64,000 nt of DNA from Chloroflexota bacterium (GCA_964291655.2 OZ219802.1:2304001-2368000), one strand, 5' to 3'. Counted from the first letter of the stretch, positions 49,655-60,300 are shown. The notes: generated from the sequence alone by a model not told the origin. Made by a program: numbers and translations.

Positions 49655-50974
49655 CTATGTTCGCACCGGCTCACCCAAGTCCACAATGCGAAGAAAGCCG
49701 GCAACTCTCTTCACCACTTCCAGGGCCGCAATGTCTTGCACGGCAGCCTGCATGGCCCGCTCATAGGCATCGTGGGTAGTAAAAACGAGTTCAGCCGTTT
49801 GATTGACCGGGTCGGCTTCTTTTTGGATCACGGAAGCAATGCTTATGCGATGTTCTCCGCAGATAGCCGCAATTTTGGCCAGCACTCCCGGTTGATCGGC
49901 GACCCACAGCCGAAAGTAAAATCGGGTTTCGATCTCGTCAATCGGTTTTAGCGACTTCGTGGCATCAATGGCATACGGAATACGGTTGGTTACACCGCTA
50001 ATTATGTTGTGGGCCACGTCAATGGCGTCGGCGACTATGGCGCTGGCCGTCGGCTCCGAGCCCGCGCCGCGACCGTAGAACATCACGTTTCCCACCAGAT
50101 CGCCCACGACGTACACTGCATTATACACACCCTCTACGCTGGCGAGCGGCGCGGCTTGAGGAATTAGGGCCGGGTGGACCGCCGCTTCATACCGGCCGTT
50201 GTCTTGGCGGGCAAGCGCAAGCAGTTTAATCACGTAGCCAAGGTCCTCCGCGTAGCGAAAGTCTGCAGGCTCAAGCTGCATGATGCCTTCATGGTAAATG
50301 GCTGCGGGGTCAACTTGGGTGCGAAAGGCCAGGGACGTCAGGATTGCCAGTTTGTAGGCGGCGTCGATGCCCTCCACGTCATTCGTCGGGTCGGCCTCGG
50401 CAAAGCCCAATTTCTGCGCTTCCGACAGCATATCCGCCAGAGCGGCGCCTTCTCGGGACATGCGGGTCAGGATATAGTTCGTCGTGCCGTTGATAATGGC
50501 GTAGATTTCATGAATCTCATTGGCGACCAGGTCTGAACGGAAGGGGCCGATCAGCGGAATGCCGCCGCCGACACTCGCTTCGTAGTAGATGTCGACGTTT
50601 TGCTGATTGGCTAGGCGCAGGAGTTCGGGCCCGTGGTTTGCCATCACGTCCTTATTGCCCGTAACCAGATGTTTGCCGGCCTGTATAGCACGCTTTGCGT
50701 ACGTGTACGCCGGTTCCACGCCGCCGATTAGTTCAATCACGATGTGTATCGATGGGTCTTCCAGAATTTCGGCGGGATCGGTTGTCAATAGCGCCGGCTC
50801 GACGCTGATCTCCCGGGCTTTCGCCATGTCTCGTACCAGAATCTTCTTGACGCGCAGATCGCGGCCCGTTTCCATAGCAAGCACGCGGGCTTTCTCACGG
50901 ACGATGCGCATAACGCCGCTACCGACGACGCCCAGGCCCAGCAACCCAATATTTATGGTCTTATCGTCATTCAC
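49655..50974 (-). CDS. hom: Homoserine dehydrogenase with ACT domain
   Basis: GLGVVGSG, YEASVGGGIP, INGTTNYIL, EADP..DVEG.D, DQPGVLA. Confidence 0.96.
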   Translation of the reverse strand: MNDDKTINIGLLGLGVVGSGVMRIVREKARVLAMETGRDLRVKKILVRDMAKAREISVEPALLTTDPAEILEDPSIHIVIELIGGVEPAYTYAKRAIQAGKHLVTGNKDVMANHGPELLRLANQQNVDIYYEASVGGGIPLIGPFRSDLVANEIHEIYAIINGTTNYILTRMSREGAALADMLSEAQKLGFAEADPTNDVEGIDAAYKLAILTSLAFRTQVDPAAIYHEGIMQLEPADFRYAEDLGYVIKLLALARQDNGRYEAAVHPALIPQAAPLASVEGVYNAVYVVGDLVGNVMFYGRGAGSEPTASAIVADAIDVAHNIISGVTNRIPYAIDATKSLKPIDEIETRFYFRLWVADQPGVLAKIAAICGEHRISIASVIQKEADPVNQTAELVFTTHDAYERAMQAAVQDIAALEVVKRVAGFLRIVDLGEPVRT

Positions 50975-51096
50975 CTCGCACCTTGCTCCTTAGCCGCGGC
51001 TACCTTATCGGGACACGTTTCTAGTTCTGGTTTTTCCAGACCCACCTGAGTGCTCTTCTACTGGGAGCCACTCTGAATCAGTACCCGCTTTTGCTC

Positions 51097-51633
51097 CTAG
51101 GTGAGTCCCAGTCGATAATCGAAGAATAGTGCCACATCCTGGGTGGGGTAGTACCGGTCATTGTATCCGCTGTACACAAATCCATTCTTGTTTAAGAACT
51201 GTATGGCGGGATAGTTTCGCGATTGGACGTCCATGCACAGTCCCTGCAGTTGGTTGTGCTTTGCCCAATTCAGACTCGTGCGCAGCAGGGCTGAACCCAC
51301 TCCCCGCCGACGCAGATCGGGCCGGACAACGATGCATTGCAAGAGACCGGTGCCGAGCCGCCGGGGCGAAAGCATGTCCAAGTATCCCACGATCACTTGT
51401 TCTACTTCTGCCACCAAGAAGAGGTCGCCGTTCCTCCAGTCCGCATGCAAGTCGTCGGGGTCTAGCGGCGGCTGCAGCGTTAAGACACGTGGCAGACGGC
51501 GTACGTTAAAGCCGGAAAGCTTCCGCTTGCCTTCCCAGCGCGTCTCCATAGCCCATACTGTTTGTGTTTGGTAAGAAGAATCGAGCCGTATGCAAGCGTC
51601 GATGTCTCTGCGCTCGGCGCGGCGTACACGCAT
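51097..51633 (-). CDS. GNAT N-acetyltransferase
   Basis: V.PDLRRRGVGSALL, NYPAI.F..K.GF. Confidence 0.9.
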   Translation of the reverse strand: MRVRRAERRDIDACIRLDSSYQTQTVWAMETRWEGKRKLSGFNVRRLPRVLTLQPPLDPDDLHADWRNGDLFLVAEVEQVIVGYLDMLSPRRLGTGLLQCIVVRPDLRRRGVGSALLRTSLNWAKHNQLQGLCMDVQSRNYPAIQFLNKNGFVYSGYNDRYYPTQDVALFFDYRLGLT

Positions 51634-51642
51634 GCGGGAGGC

Positions 51643-52773
51643 CTAGGTAGTTAGCTTCACGTAGAGGTAGTTAAGCACAATGCGGAGAATGGCCGCAGTT
51701 GGGATGGCGAGCAACATGCCGGAGATGCCAAAGAGCGCGCCTCCGGCTAAGATTGCAAAAATTGTCAATACCGGATTAAGCTGCACGTACCGGCCCACGA
51801 CGTTCGGGATGATGAGATAGTCTTCCAGATGCCGCAATACGGTGTACACGAGGGCAACTACAATCGCGTTCACTACCGGCGACCAACCGAACGGGCTTGG
51901 ATAAACCAACGCAAGCAAGACGGCCGGCGTTGCCGCCATGACAGGGCCGATAAAGGGGATCAGCTCCAGGAAGCCCGCTACGGGGGCAAGCACCAATGCA
52001 TAGGGAACGCCTAAGAGACGCAAGGAGATGTAGGTCGCTACCGACATGATTATTACCAGCATCAATTCGCCGCGAATGAAGCGGCCGAGCATGCGATCGA
52101 CCTGACCGCCCAACGTTGCCATTTCTTGCCGGTAAGGCGCCGGTACGATGCGCCGCGCCCACGTCCCAAAACGATTCGACTCTAGTAACAAATAGAACGT
52201 GGCAAAGAGACAGAGCAGGAATTTCAGCATGAGTTCCACTACGTGAATCGCAATGTCTAGTGCGGCATCGACCATGGTGGAAGTAGCAGAATCCAGCGCC
52301 CCTGCCAACAGCTCGCCGGATGTGCCGATTACGGTTTCTAACCCAAAGAGATCAATCTGCGCGTACGAGGCGAGAGTATTATCGAGATTCTCGACAATAC
52401 TTGGCAGGCTGCCGCGAAGGCCTTCAAGTTCACGACTCAACGGCGGGTAGCCGAAGGTAAAGAGCAGCACAATGCCGCCAACGAAGAAGCCCATGAGAAT
52501 CAAGGTCACCCAGAAGCGATGCAGACGCGTATGTCTACAGACCCAGGAGACGAGAGGCGCCAACAGGTATGCTAAGACCGCCGCCCAAATGAACGGCCAG
52601 ATAATGGCCCGCACGCCGTAAACAAAAAAGACCGCAACGACGAGGAGCAGCAAGACCACCATGACCTTGGTGCGTTGCGAGAAGCGGATACCCTGAGGCT
52701 GCGGCAACGGTGGATTCTCCGGTGCTTCCTCAGAGACGTCCTCGACCTCGGAAGGCTCTGCGATGCTGCTCAT
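51643..52773 (-). CDS. AI-2E family transporter
   Basis: LAYLL.PLV, LIPFIGP, LNPV, G.SGMLLAIP. Confidence 0.92.
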   Translation of the reverse strand: MSSIAEPSEVEDVSEEAPENPPLPQPQGIRFSQRTKVMVVLLLLVVAVFFVYGVRAIIWPFIWAAVLAYLLAPLVSWVCRHTRLHRFWVTLILMGFFVGGIVLLFTFGYPPLSRELEGLRGSLPSIVENLDNTLASYAQIDLFGLETVIGTSGELLAGALDSATSTMVDAALDIAIHVVELMLKFLLCLFATFYLLLESNRFGTWARRIVPAPYRQEMATLGGQVDRMLGRFIRGELMLVIIMSVATYISLRLLGVPYALVLAPVAGFLELIPFIGPVMAATPAVLLALVYPSPFGWSPVVNAIVVALVYTVLRHLEDYLIIPNVVGRYVQLNPVLTIFAILAGGALFGISGMLLAIPTAAILRIVLNYLYVKLTT

Positions 52774-52911
52774 AGACTCACTTTACCAATTCAATTCGTA
52801 AGCAAGGCACACATATTAACTATGACACAGGCAGCACGGAAACGCATCTCTCCCCAAGGGAAGAGGCCTTCTGTGGGATCAAAATACGAGCGCAAATCGC
52901 GCAAGAAACTG

Positions 52912-52944
52912 TTGACGAATGCTTAATTTTCGCTTAGAATTAAG
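52912..52944 (+). promoter_or_regulatory. Sigma70 promoter with overlapping palindrome
   Basis: TTGACG-N17-TAGAAT. CTTAATT (52922-52928) / AATTAAG (52938-52944). Confidence 0.7.
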
Positions 52945-52993
52945 GGCGTACGCTATTCACATAAGTTCAACTGTCTGGGTCAGGAGGCAATAG

Positions 52994-53401
52994 ATGGCGA
53001 GTAGTACCGACGTTGATGCAGTCCTTCGAATTTACACCTCCTATCTTGCAAATCAAAGGCGGCTTTCACGAACGGAGACGGGTAAGCGGATACGATGGCT
53101 GAGAGAATTTGGTCTCTCTATGTGCAATCGGAAGACAATCTACGAAATATCGGTACGTGACGTCGTCATCTACTTTGCAGAGTGGTCTGAGAAATTTGAA
53201 AATCCGGCTGAATGGTATGACCGTTATAAGGTCCTTGAAAGATTTTTCGACGATCTTGTAGACATGCAAGTTCTTGAAACAAATCAAATCAAAGGCATTT
53301 ACGACGATACCGATATCGAGCCCGATCTCGCGGAAGATACGGAACCGGCAGAATCACTCGCGCCGGTAAACTGGTTGCGACAGGACCATCCTCTGTATTA
53401 G
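52994..53401 (+). CDS. Stand-alone tyrosine-recombinase core-binding (SAM-like) domain protein
   Basis: Y.SYL...RRLS, EIS..DV..YF, L.RFF..LV...V.E.N resemble XerC/D N-terminus. GGAGG RBS, lower GC. Confidence 0.55.
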   Translation: MASSTDVDAVLRIYTSYLANQRRLSRTETGKRIRWLREFGLSMCNRKTIYEISVRDVVIYFAEWSEKFENPAEWYDRYKVLERFFDDLVDMQVLETNQIKGIYDDTDIEPDLAEDTEPAESLAPVNWLRQDHPLY

Positions 53402-53838
53402 GCGTTGCACTTTTATTAGGTGGGTCCGTCTGGCGAATAAAACAGTAGATGGAAGTCCACTGTAGTGGTTTCCTGGCTGACAATAAACCAACCAGGTGCT
53501 GCCGCTCCCGTTGCGCAGGCTCTCCTTCACGCTTCAACGTACCGATCAATACATTGGCGGAGCGCACCGCCAATGACATAACGGAGAGACAGACTTCTCG
53601 GGTACGCTCTGTGCCAGGACGGCAGGCAACGCGGCATTCTGACGCACATGCCAACGCGAGTTAATCGTTTGCGACCCCTTCTATGGCGGCCTGCTCGCCG
53701 CTCGTGCTGAACCCCCCCCTTCTGCTCGGCGACCACATCTCCACAGTTTCTGCTTTTGCACCGTCGGTGTAGCCAAATGGTGCCAAGCTGAGTTCCAGTG
53801 ACTTTCGCGACCAAGCAACATGGTCAAAAGGACGACGA

Positions 53839-54591
53839 ATGGGAACGCTCTGTTTCGGACTTGACGAGAAAATCGTATTTGCCGGCGATAGCATTACTGA
53901 CTGTGGAAGGCGCACGGAGCAGGACGGTCCCTATGGGAGGGGTTACGTAAGTCTTGTGCGAGCCCTCCTCCACGCGCGCTATCCCGAGTATGGCCTGTCG
54001 GTGGTCAACCGAGGCATTGGCGGCAACACGGTGCGCGACCTGGCGGCGCGTTGGGACGCAGACGTACTTGCCGAGGAAGCGGACTGGCTCTCGGTCAAGA
54101 TCGGCATCAACGACGTAGGGCGGCTCATTGTTGGCAACATGGTAGATCACGTTCCGCTCGCCGAATATGAGGCGACGTATCGTTCACTTCTCCAACAGAC
54201 AAAGGCGGCTGCCAACGGCAGGCTCATTCTGATGGAGCCCTATGTGATTGCGCCGCCGTTGCAAGGCGATGCGGAAGTGGTGTCAGGCCTAAGTCTGACA
54301 GATGTGCAGGCGCAATTCGGCAACTTGCGCGCGAGCGGCGTGCAAGAAGATCCGCTCTTGACGGCCGGCTGGATGCATTTCCGTGCCCATATTGATGCTT
54401 ACATTGAGGTTGTACACCGTCTCGCCGGGGAATTTGACGCCATTCTTGTCCGCACCCAAGCCGCCTTCGATGTAGCGCTGGAAGCGCAGCCTCCGGCAGA
54501 GTGGGCTGCGGACCGCATTCATCCCGATTTGCCCGGCCATGCCGTGATTGCCCGCGCTTTCTTGGCAGCGGTAGGATATGGTGATATCTAA
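53839..54591 (+). CDS. SGNH/GDSL hydrolase
   Basis: FAGDSIT, NRGIGG, IGINDV, DRIHP. Confidence 0.92.
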   Translation: MGTLCFGLDEKIVFAGDSITDCGRRTEQDGPYGRGYVSLVRALLHARYPEYGLSVVNRGIGGNTVRDLAARWDADVLAEEADWLSVKIGINDVGRLIVGNMVDHVPLAEYEATYRSLLQQTKAAANGRLILMEPYVIAPPLQGDAEVVSGLSLTDVQAQFGNLRASGVQEDPLLTAGWMHFRAHIDAYIEVVHRLAGEFDAILVRTQAAFDVALEAQPPAEWAADRIHPDLPGHAVIARAFLAAVGYGDI

Positions 54592-54721
54592 GACCTCGCA
54601 TTCCAGTTATCCGGGCGGCGCGGGGATGTTTGGAAAAACTGTGCACTGAAAGCTGAAAGTCGCATCACAGCGCACGGGCGCTGGCTAAGAAGTGGTCTAC
54701 CAGGCGCAAAAGGAGATTCGT

Positions 54722-55720
54722 GTGAGTACCAAGCTTCGGGTCGGCATCGTCGGACTTGGCGGCAATGGCGGACGGTTCTTGGAGGCGTACACTACCAACC
54801 CCCGCGTTGAGGTTGCAGCCCTCTGCGACGTGCGGGACGATCACCGCCAGGCGCTGCAAGAGAAGTACGGCGTGCCGCATGGCTATGCCGACTTCGCAAG
54901 GTTCTTGGACCACGACGGCATAGATCTGGTTTCCATCCACGCGCCGGATAGGCTCCACGCGCAATTTGCGCTCGCCGCGCTCGACGCCGCCAAGCACGTG
55001 TTCGTGGAAAAGCCGATGGCGACGAGCATCGAAGACTGCTTGCGCCTTGTGGAACGCGCGGACTGCGCCGCGACGCGGGTGGCGGTTGGGCACGTGCTGC
55101 GCACGCGGCCTTTCTTCCGGATGCTCAAGGGGATGGTGGATGCCGGAGAGCTTGGTTCGCTCTATGCGATGCGTACGCACTACCTTACGAACGCAATGCA
55201 GAGGGGCGAAAGCTTCCTCAAGACTGCGAACAGCAGCTATTCTCCGCCGATGCTCACCATGGGCGTGCATCCGGTGGACTTGATGCGTTGGTACGCGGGC
55301 GACGTGGTGGAAGTGCAGGCCATGGAAAATCAAGGCCTGGCGATGCCCGGGAATCCAATCGACGAGTCGGTGACGGCGGTGTACCGCTTTGCCTCCGGCA
55401 CCACGGGCAGCGTTACGGTGTGTTGGGCGTCGAATTATGTCTTCGACTCTTTCTACGGCCTCGAACTCCACGGTAGCGAGGCGAGTGTGGTCTGGGACAA
55501 GATTCATCGTAGAGAGGCGAACAAGGCAGTGCCGCTGCCCACGCCCCCGCAACCAACGCGCGCCGGCTATGCTGCGGAGGTTGACACCGTTGTAGATAGC
55601 CTCCTCGACGATACCCCGCTCTTCTGCGACGTTCGCGAGGGCGCCCGCAGCGCTATCGCGTGCCTAACGGCCATAGAAGCCGCAAAGTCCGGTGAGACGC
55701 TGCAGGTGTTGAATCCCTAA
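54722..55720 (+). CDS. Gfo/Idh/MocA oxidoreductase
   Basis: VGIVGLG, HVFVEKPMA, VHPVD. Confidence 0.92.
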   Translation: MSTKLRVGIVGLGGNGGRFLEAYTTNPRVEVAALCDVRDDHRQALQEKYGVPHGYADFARFLDHDGIDLVSIHAPDRLHAQFALAALDAAKHVFVEKPMATSIEDCLRLVERADCAATRVAVGHVLRTRPFFRMLKGMVDAGELGSLYAMRTHYLTNAMQRGESFLKTANSSYSPPMLTMGVHPVDLMRWYAGDVVEVQAMENQGLAMPGNPIDESVTAVYRFASGTTGSVTVCWASNYVFDSFYGLELHGSEASVVWDKIHRREANKAVPLPTPPQPTRAGYAAEVDTVVDSLLDDTPLFCDVREGARSAIACLTAIEAAKSGETLQVLNP

Positions 55721-55782
55721 CGGATGCAAAGAGCAGAAGTAGCCGGCCTCCGGCCGATTTGTGCTTCGACCCGTCGACGGGA

Positions 55783-56030
55783 TCAGGACAGGCAAGCCCA
55801 GCCCGAACGTACGGAATTTAGGCAAGTCCCGAGGAGTAGCGCGGGGGCTAGTCCCCCGCTCTTAATCCGAGGTCTTGGTAGAATTGCGGACGTATAACCT
55901 CCGGCGGAAGGGCCAGGCGATCACGCTCATGTTTCAATTCTTCGCCGAGTTCAGGACAGGCAAGCCCAGCCCGAACGTACGGAATTGAAGCAAGTCCCGA
56001 GGAGTAGCGCGGGGGCTAGTCCCCCGCTCT
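55783..56030. repeat. 80-bp direct repeat ending in REP family B
   Basis: 55783-55862 and 55951-56030, 78/80 identical. Confidence 0.9.
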
Positions 56031-56094
56031 CAAGTATTGGCAGACCATGCAGTCCTGCCAGAGTCTGAATTGCTCCCGCCATCCCGCGCACATT

Positions 56095-56133
56095 AGAGAA
56101 AGCCCGGAGAGTTGAACACTCTCCGGGCTCTTT
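56095..56133. terminator. Probable bidirectional intrinsic terminator
   Basis: AGCCCGGAGAG-N7-CTCTCCGGGCT between convergent genes, pyrimidine tails on both sides. Confidence 0.7.
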
Positions 56134-56179
56134 CGTCTCTCGACTCTTTTCGTGCGAGACGAGGCGTGGAACCGTTAGC

Positions 56180-57568
56180 CTACAGGTTGGCGGCGTTCCA
56201 GTCGTCCACGATGACCTGGCAGTCTTCCTCTGCCTTCTCAAGGGCCTGCTTGGCGGTGGTTGCTTCTTCGTTCCACCACGGGGTCATGGCTTCGCCGTAA
56301 GCGCCCCGCAATTCACCGTATTGGGGATGCGGGAAGTACGGCTTGGCGTAGTCCGCGGCGCGGGCAAAAGCCAGCAGGTTGGCGGGATCCGGGCTATCAG
56401 CCGAGGGCACGAAGACCTCCTCGGCAATCGAGTTGATCGCCGGGATGATGTTGCCCTGTCCGCCGGTCCAGCTCAGGTGTTCCTCTCCAACGAGGAACGA
56501 AAGGAACTCGGCAGCGGCGTCCAGCTTCTTGGTAGTTGCCACCGTGAAGATTTCCTCGATGCCGAAGAACGCGCCCTTGCCTTCTTGACCATCGCCCATC
56601 GCTGTCGGCTGCTCGACGATGTCGAAGTTCACGCCGGCCTCATGGCGCCGGATCGGCTCTAAGCCCCATGTGCCGTAGACGGCCATGGCGACCTTACCAT
56701 TGGCAAACGAGTTGAAGAACTGCGCGTCCTCTTGGCGGTTGTAGTCTTCAGCGCGCGGGCCGACTTCATACTTCGCCCAGTTGTCGCGCCACCATTGGAC
56801 CGACTCCAGTGCCAAAGGTCCATCCACCACCACATTGGCGCCGGAATCATCCATGAAGCCCTGATACATGCCCGCGATCCAGTAGGCGACGTAGTGTATG
56901 GTCGCCACGCCCCAGATCTTCTCATCGGACGTGCTCAGGCTGGCGGATACCTTCTGCGCCGCATCCAGCCGGTCTTCAAACGTGTCGCTATCCTGGGGAT
57001 AGGGCACGCCGGCCTTGTCGAAGAGGTCCTTGTTGTAGAACCATGCCGTGGTGTTGATGCCGATGGGCGCCGCAATCAATTTGCCCTGCCAGGTAAGACC
57101 ATTCACCAGCGTCTGATTGAGCTGGCTCATGTCGTACTTAAGGCCCTTCAACAGTTCGTTGGCGTCGTACAAGATACCGGAAAAGGGATGCAGCCCCACA
57201 CCAAACCAGCCCATGTCCGGCGCCGCGCCGCCCGCCACCGTGGCGAGGAGCTTCGACCTGGGATTGCCGCCAAAACTGCCGGCAACGTCCAGGGTGTTCA
57301 CATGGACACCGGTCTCCTTGGCGTTGTAGGTCTCCAGGATCCACTCCAGCCAGCGGGTCTTGCCGGCGGAATAATGGGGCCACAGGAAGGTGATTTCCGT
57401 CGCCTCCATCATCGCGGGCTTTTCGGCCTCAGCGGCCATCTCGCCGCCATCTGCCGGGGCCATGGTCGCACCGGTTTGGGCGCAGGCAGCCAGCAACGCC
57501 GTGCCGCCAACCAACGCGGCACCGCCGCGCAGGAACTGGCTTCTTGAAATGCGCTTCTCACTAAGCAT
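56180..57568 (-). CDS. Extracellular solute-binding lipoprotein
   Basis: SRSQFL..LLAAC, FYNKDLFDKAG. Clear paralogue of the 17419-18789 protein. Confidence 0.92.
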   Translation of the reverse strand: MLSEKRISRSQFLRGGAALVGGTALLAACAQTGATMAPADGGEMAAEAEKPAMMEATEITFLWPHYSAGKTRWLEWILETYNAKETGVHVNTLDVAGSFGGNPRSKLLATVAGGAAPDMGWFGVGLHPFSGILYDANELLKGLKYDMSQLNQTLVNGLTWQGKLIAAPIGINTTAWFYNKDLFDKAGVPYPQDSDTFEDRLDAAQKVSASLSTSDEKIWGVATIHYVAYWIAGMYQGFMDDSGANVVVDGPLALESVQWWRDNWAKYEVGPRAEDYNRQEDAQFFNSFANGKVAMAVYGTWGLEPIRRHEAGVNFDIVEQPTAMGDGQEGKGAFFGIEEIFTVATTKKLDAAAEFLSFLVGEEHLSWTGGQGNIIPAINSIAEEVFVPSADSPDPANLLAFARAADYAKPYFPHPQYGELRGAYGEAMTPWWNEEATTAKQALEKAEEDCQVIVDDWNAANL

Positions 57569-57707
57569 GCAAGACCTCCTCTAAGGGTCTAAAGTAAACT
57601 TGCGTATCCCTGTTCCGATTGAACAGACTACCGATTCCGTAGCCTTACTACTATAGCACAGCCCTTGCTGATTCGTTCCGCAACGTCGATTTGTTGAACG
57701 CTTACTC

Positions 57708-58688
57708 TTAGAGCGGAAGCGTAATGTCCCCGCCTTGCTCAGCCGACATGAAGGTGGCCAGGCACACTTCCAAGGCGCGGCGGCCGTCGTGACCGTCCGG
57801 CATGGGGGGCGTGCCGTTGCGTGCGCTGTCGTAGAAGGCAGCGAGCTGGTTCGTCATGCCCACGCTGCTCGGTTCGGACTCGATCTCCTCGCGCTTGCCG
57901 TCGTGGGTCACCAAAGTCGGCCCGGAGTGCCGGTTGATGTGAATGGCGCCCTTGGTACCGGCAATGCCGAAGTTCGACGCGCCCGCCGGGTAGATCTGGC
58001 TGCTGTGCAGCGAACCGATGGCGCCGTTTTCATAGTTCAACGTCGAGATAAAGGTATCCTCTACGTCGGTATTGGCAAACGTGCCGAACGTGGCGTTGCC
58101 GTGCACGGAAGCAACGGGACCTCCCATCCAGAGGAGCAGGTCAAGTTCGTGCACCGACGACGACCAGGTGCCGCCCACCGTCTCGCGCTTTAGCCGCCAC
58201 TCGCCCACGCCAAACGGGGGCCGCCCGCTCAGGCGTGTCGACCACGCCAGCTTGAGATCGCCGATATCGCCGTTTTGCAACCGCTTGTGCACCTCGACGT
58301 AGGTCGGCCAGTACCGCATCACGAAACCCAGCATCAACGGTACGCCAGCCTTGTCGGCGGCGGCGATCATGGCATCGCAGTCATCGAGCTGCAGCGCCAT
58401 GGGCTTCTCGCAGAAGATGGCGATGCCGGCTTCTGCCGCGTCGACGCAGATTTCCCGGTGCGTCCAGGTGGGCGTTACCACCAAGACCGCATCAAGCCCT
58501 TCAGCGATGAGGTCGCGGTGGTCGGTGAACGCCTTGACACCAAGCTCATCCGCGACCGCTTGAGCGGACTCCTTGTGCACATCCACCACACCGACTAATT
58601 CGATGTCTTCCATCTCATGCGAGATCTTCGCTTCGCTCGGCCCCAGACCTCCACACCCGATGACACCGGTTCGCAACGAATTTGCCAT
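57708..58688 (-). CDS. Gfo/Idh/MocA oxidoreductase
   Basis: GVIGCG, FCEKPMA, VHELD. Confidence 0.92.
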   Translation of the reverse strand: MANSLRTGVIGCGGLGPSEAKISHEMEDIELVGVVDVHKESAQAVADELGVKAFTDHRDLIAEGLDAVLVVTPTWTHREICVDAAEAGIAIFCEKPMALQLDDCDAMIAAADKAGVPLMLGFVMRYWPTYVEVHKRLQNGDIGDLKLAWSTRLSGRPPFGVGEWRLKRETVGGTWSSSVHELDLLLWMGGPVASVHGNATFGTFANTDVEDTFISTLNYENGAIGSLHSSQIYPAGASNFGIAGTKGAIHINRHSGPTLVTHDGKREEIESEPSSVGMTNQLAAFYDSARNGTPPMPDGHDGRRALEVCLATFMSAEQGGDITLPL

Positions 58689-59168
58689 GATCGGACCCTC
58701 CTCTTAGCTCACATGAACAAGGTAGAGACATTTGCCCCACGCAGATTTGGAAATCATGATAGCAGCTACCATGCCAGTTGGAAACTTTGAGGCTGCGAGA
58801 TACGCAGTAGCTACTTTTCTCTTGCAGTGTAGAGATTTGCCTACCGCCGGAGAGCACGGGGAGTGAGTTGGAACAGGGACCGTACCCACTCACCCCGGCC
58901 CTCTCCAAGAAGACCTTTGCAAAACTCCGTCACTCCGGCGCAAGCCGGAATCCAGAGGGATGTGAGTAGTTTGGGTTTGCAAGCCGTGAAGCTGTTCTAC
59001 ACCGACATGACTTCCTTCTCTCAATGAGGCGAAAGGGGATCTGCAACGCCACTCCAGGGAGGGGTAGCTTATCGCGTGCGAGCCAGGGCCTCGTAAGGGT
59101 CTCCTTCGGCGAGAGAAACTCTGTACAATGGAGCCACGAGTTTCATGGCAATCGCGTAGGAGTTCACT

Positions 59169-60212
59169 ATGGCGGGCAAGTATCGCGTAGGCATTATCGG
59201 TTGCGGGTGGATGGGCAAGTCGCACGCGCAGGCGTATGCCGAATTGGAAAACGTAACCATGGCGGCGGCAGCGGACATCCATCCAAAGTCACTGGCAGAG
59301 TTACAGGAAGAGCACGGCATTCCCAGCGGCTACGACGACTATCACGAGATGCTGGCAAGTGAAGACCTGGATATTGTCAGCGTCTGCTCGTGGCCGGGTC
59401 CGCATGCGCCTATGACGATCGCCGCCGCTGAAGCCAAAGTGCCGGGCATCATCTGCGAAAAGCCCATGGCGCGCACGTTGGCTGAAGCAGACGCCATGAT
59501 AGCCGCCGCCGAGGAGCACGGCTCCAAGCTCGTGATCGGCCACCAAGGCCGCTTTCGCACGCAGACCAACGCGATACGCAGTCTTATCCAGGACGGCGCA
59601 ATCGGCCGTGTGGAGTTTCTCTACATCCAGCAGAACGGCGGTCTGTCGAATAGCTCCATTCACAACGTGGACTACGCGCGCTACATTCTGGGAGACCCCA
59701 AGGTTGAGTGGGTGATGGGCTCAGTAGAGCGGCGCACCGATCGCTACGAACGCGCCGAACGCATCGAGGACCGCGCCCAAGCCCTTATCGGCTTTGCCGG
59801 CGGCGTGCGGGGGGTATTGGAGTCGGATATCGGTGACGACCGGCGCGTGCAGCCCTGTATCGTCTACGGCTCCCACGGCAGCATCTTTCCTGTCAGCAAT
59901 GGCATTCGGCTCCTGGATTCCAATGGTGTCAGAGAGACATCTTTCAAGGAACCCAACGCACAGGCCCTACAAGCCAAGGAACTGATTGAGTGGATTGAGG
60001 GACGGCGCGAGCATCGCGGGCACGCGCAGAACGGCCGCCAGGCGCTCGAAGTGCTGCTGGCGATTTCCGCATCCACCTACACGCGCGGGATCGTCAACTT
60101 TCCGCTGGAAATCACGGAATATCCGCTTGGGTTGGCCGTTGACGAAGGTGTCCTGCCGGTGGAGCAGCCCGGCGCGTACGACATCCGCGGCTATCTGGTA
60201 CGGAAGGACTGA
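59169..60212 (+). CDS. Gfo/Idh/MocA oxidoreductase
   Basis: VGIIGCG, ICEKPMA, IHNVD. Confidence 0.92.
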   Translation: MAGKYRVGIIGCGWMGKSHAQAYAELENVTMAAAADIHPKSLAELQEEHGIPSGYDDYHEMLASEDLDIVSVCSWPGPHAPMTIAAAEAKVPGIICEKPMARTLAEADAMIAAAEEHGSKLVIGHQGRFRTQTNAIRSLIQDGAIGRVEFLYIQQNGGLSNSSIHNVDYARYILGDPKVEWVMGSVERRTDRYERAERIEDRAQALIGFAGGVRGVLESDIGDDRRVQPCIVYGSHGSIFPVSNGIRLLDSNGVRETSFKEPNAQALQAKELIEWIEGRREHRGHAQNGRQALEVLLAISASTYTRGIVNFPLEITEYPLGLAVDEGVLPVEQPGAYDIRGYLVRKD

Positions 60213-60300
60213 GCGGAGTACACTGAGACGGAGACAGAGGTACATGTCCTGAATCTCCCACGAATTGCAACCCAACGCAGCCTTGCGTTGGGATGTCGGC

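Noticed and set aside
52994-53401. Prophage or integrative element
   Set aside because: No catalytic integrase domain, att-like direct repeats or phage genes nearby
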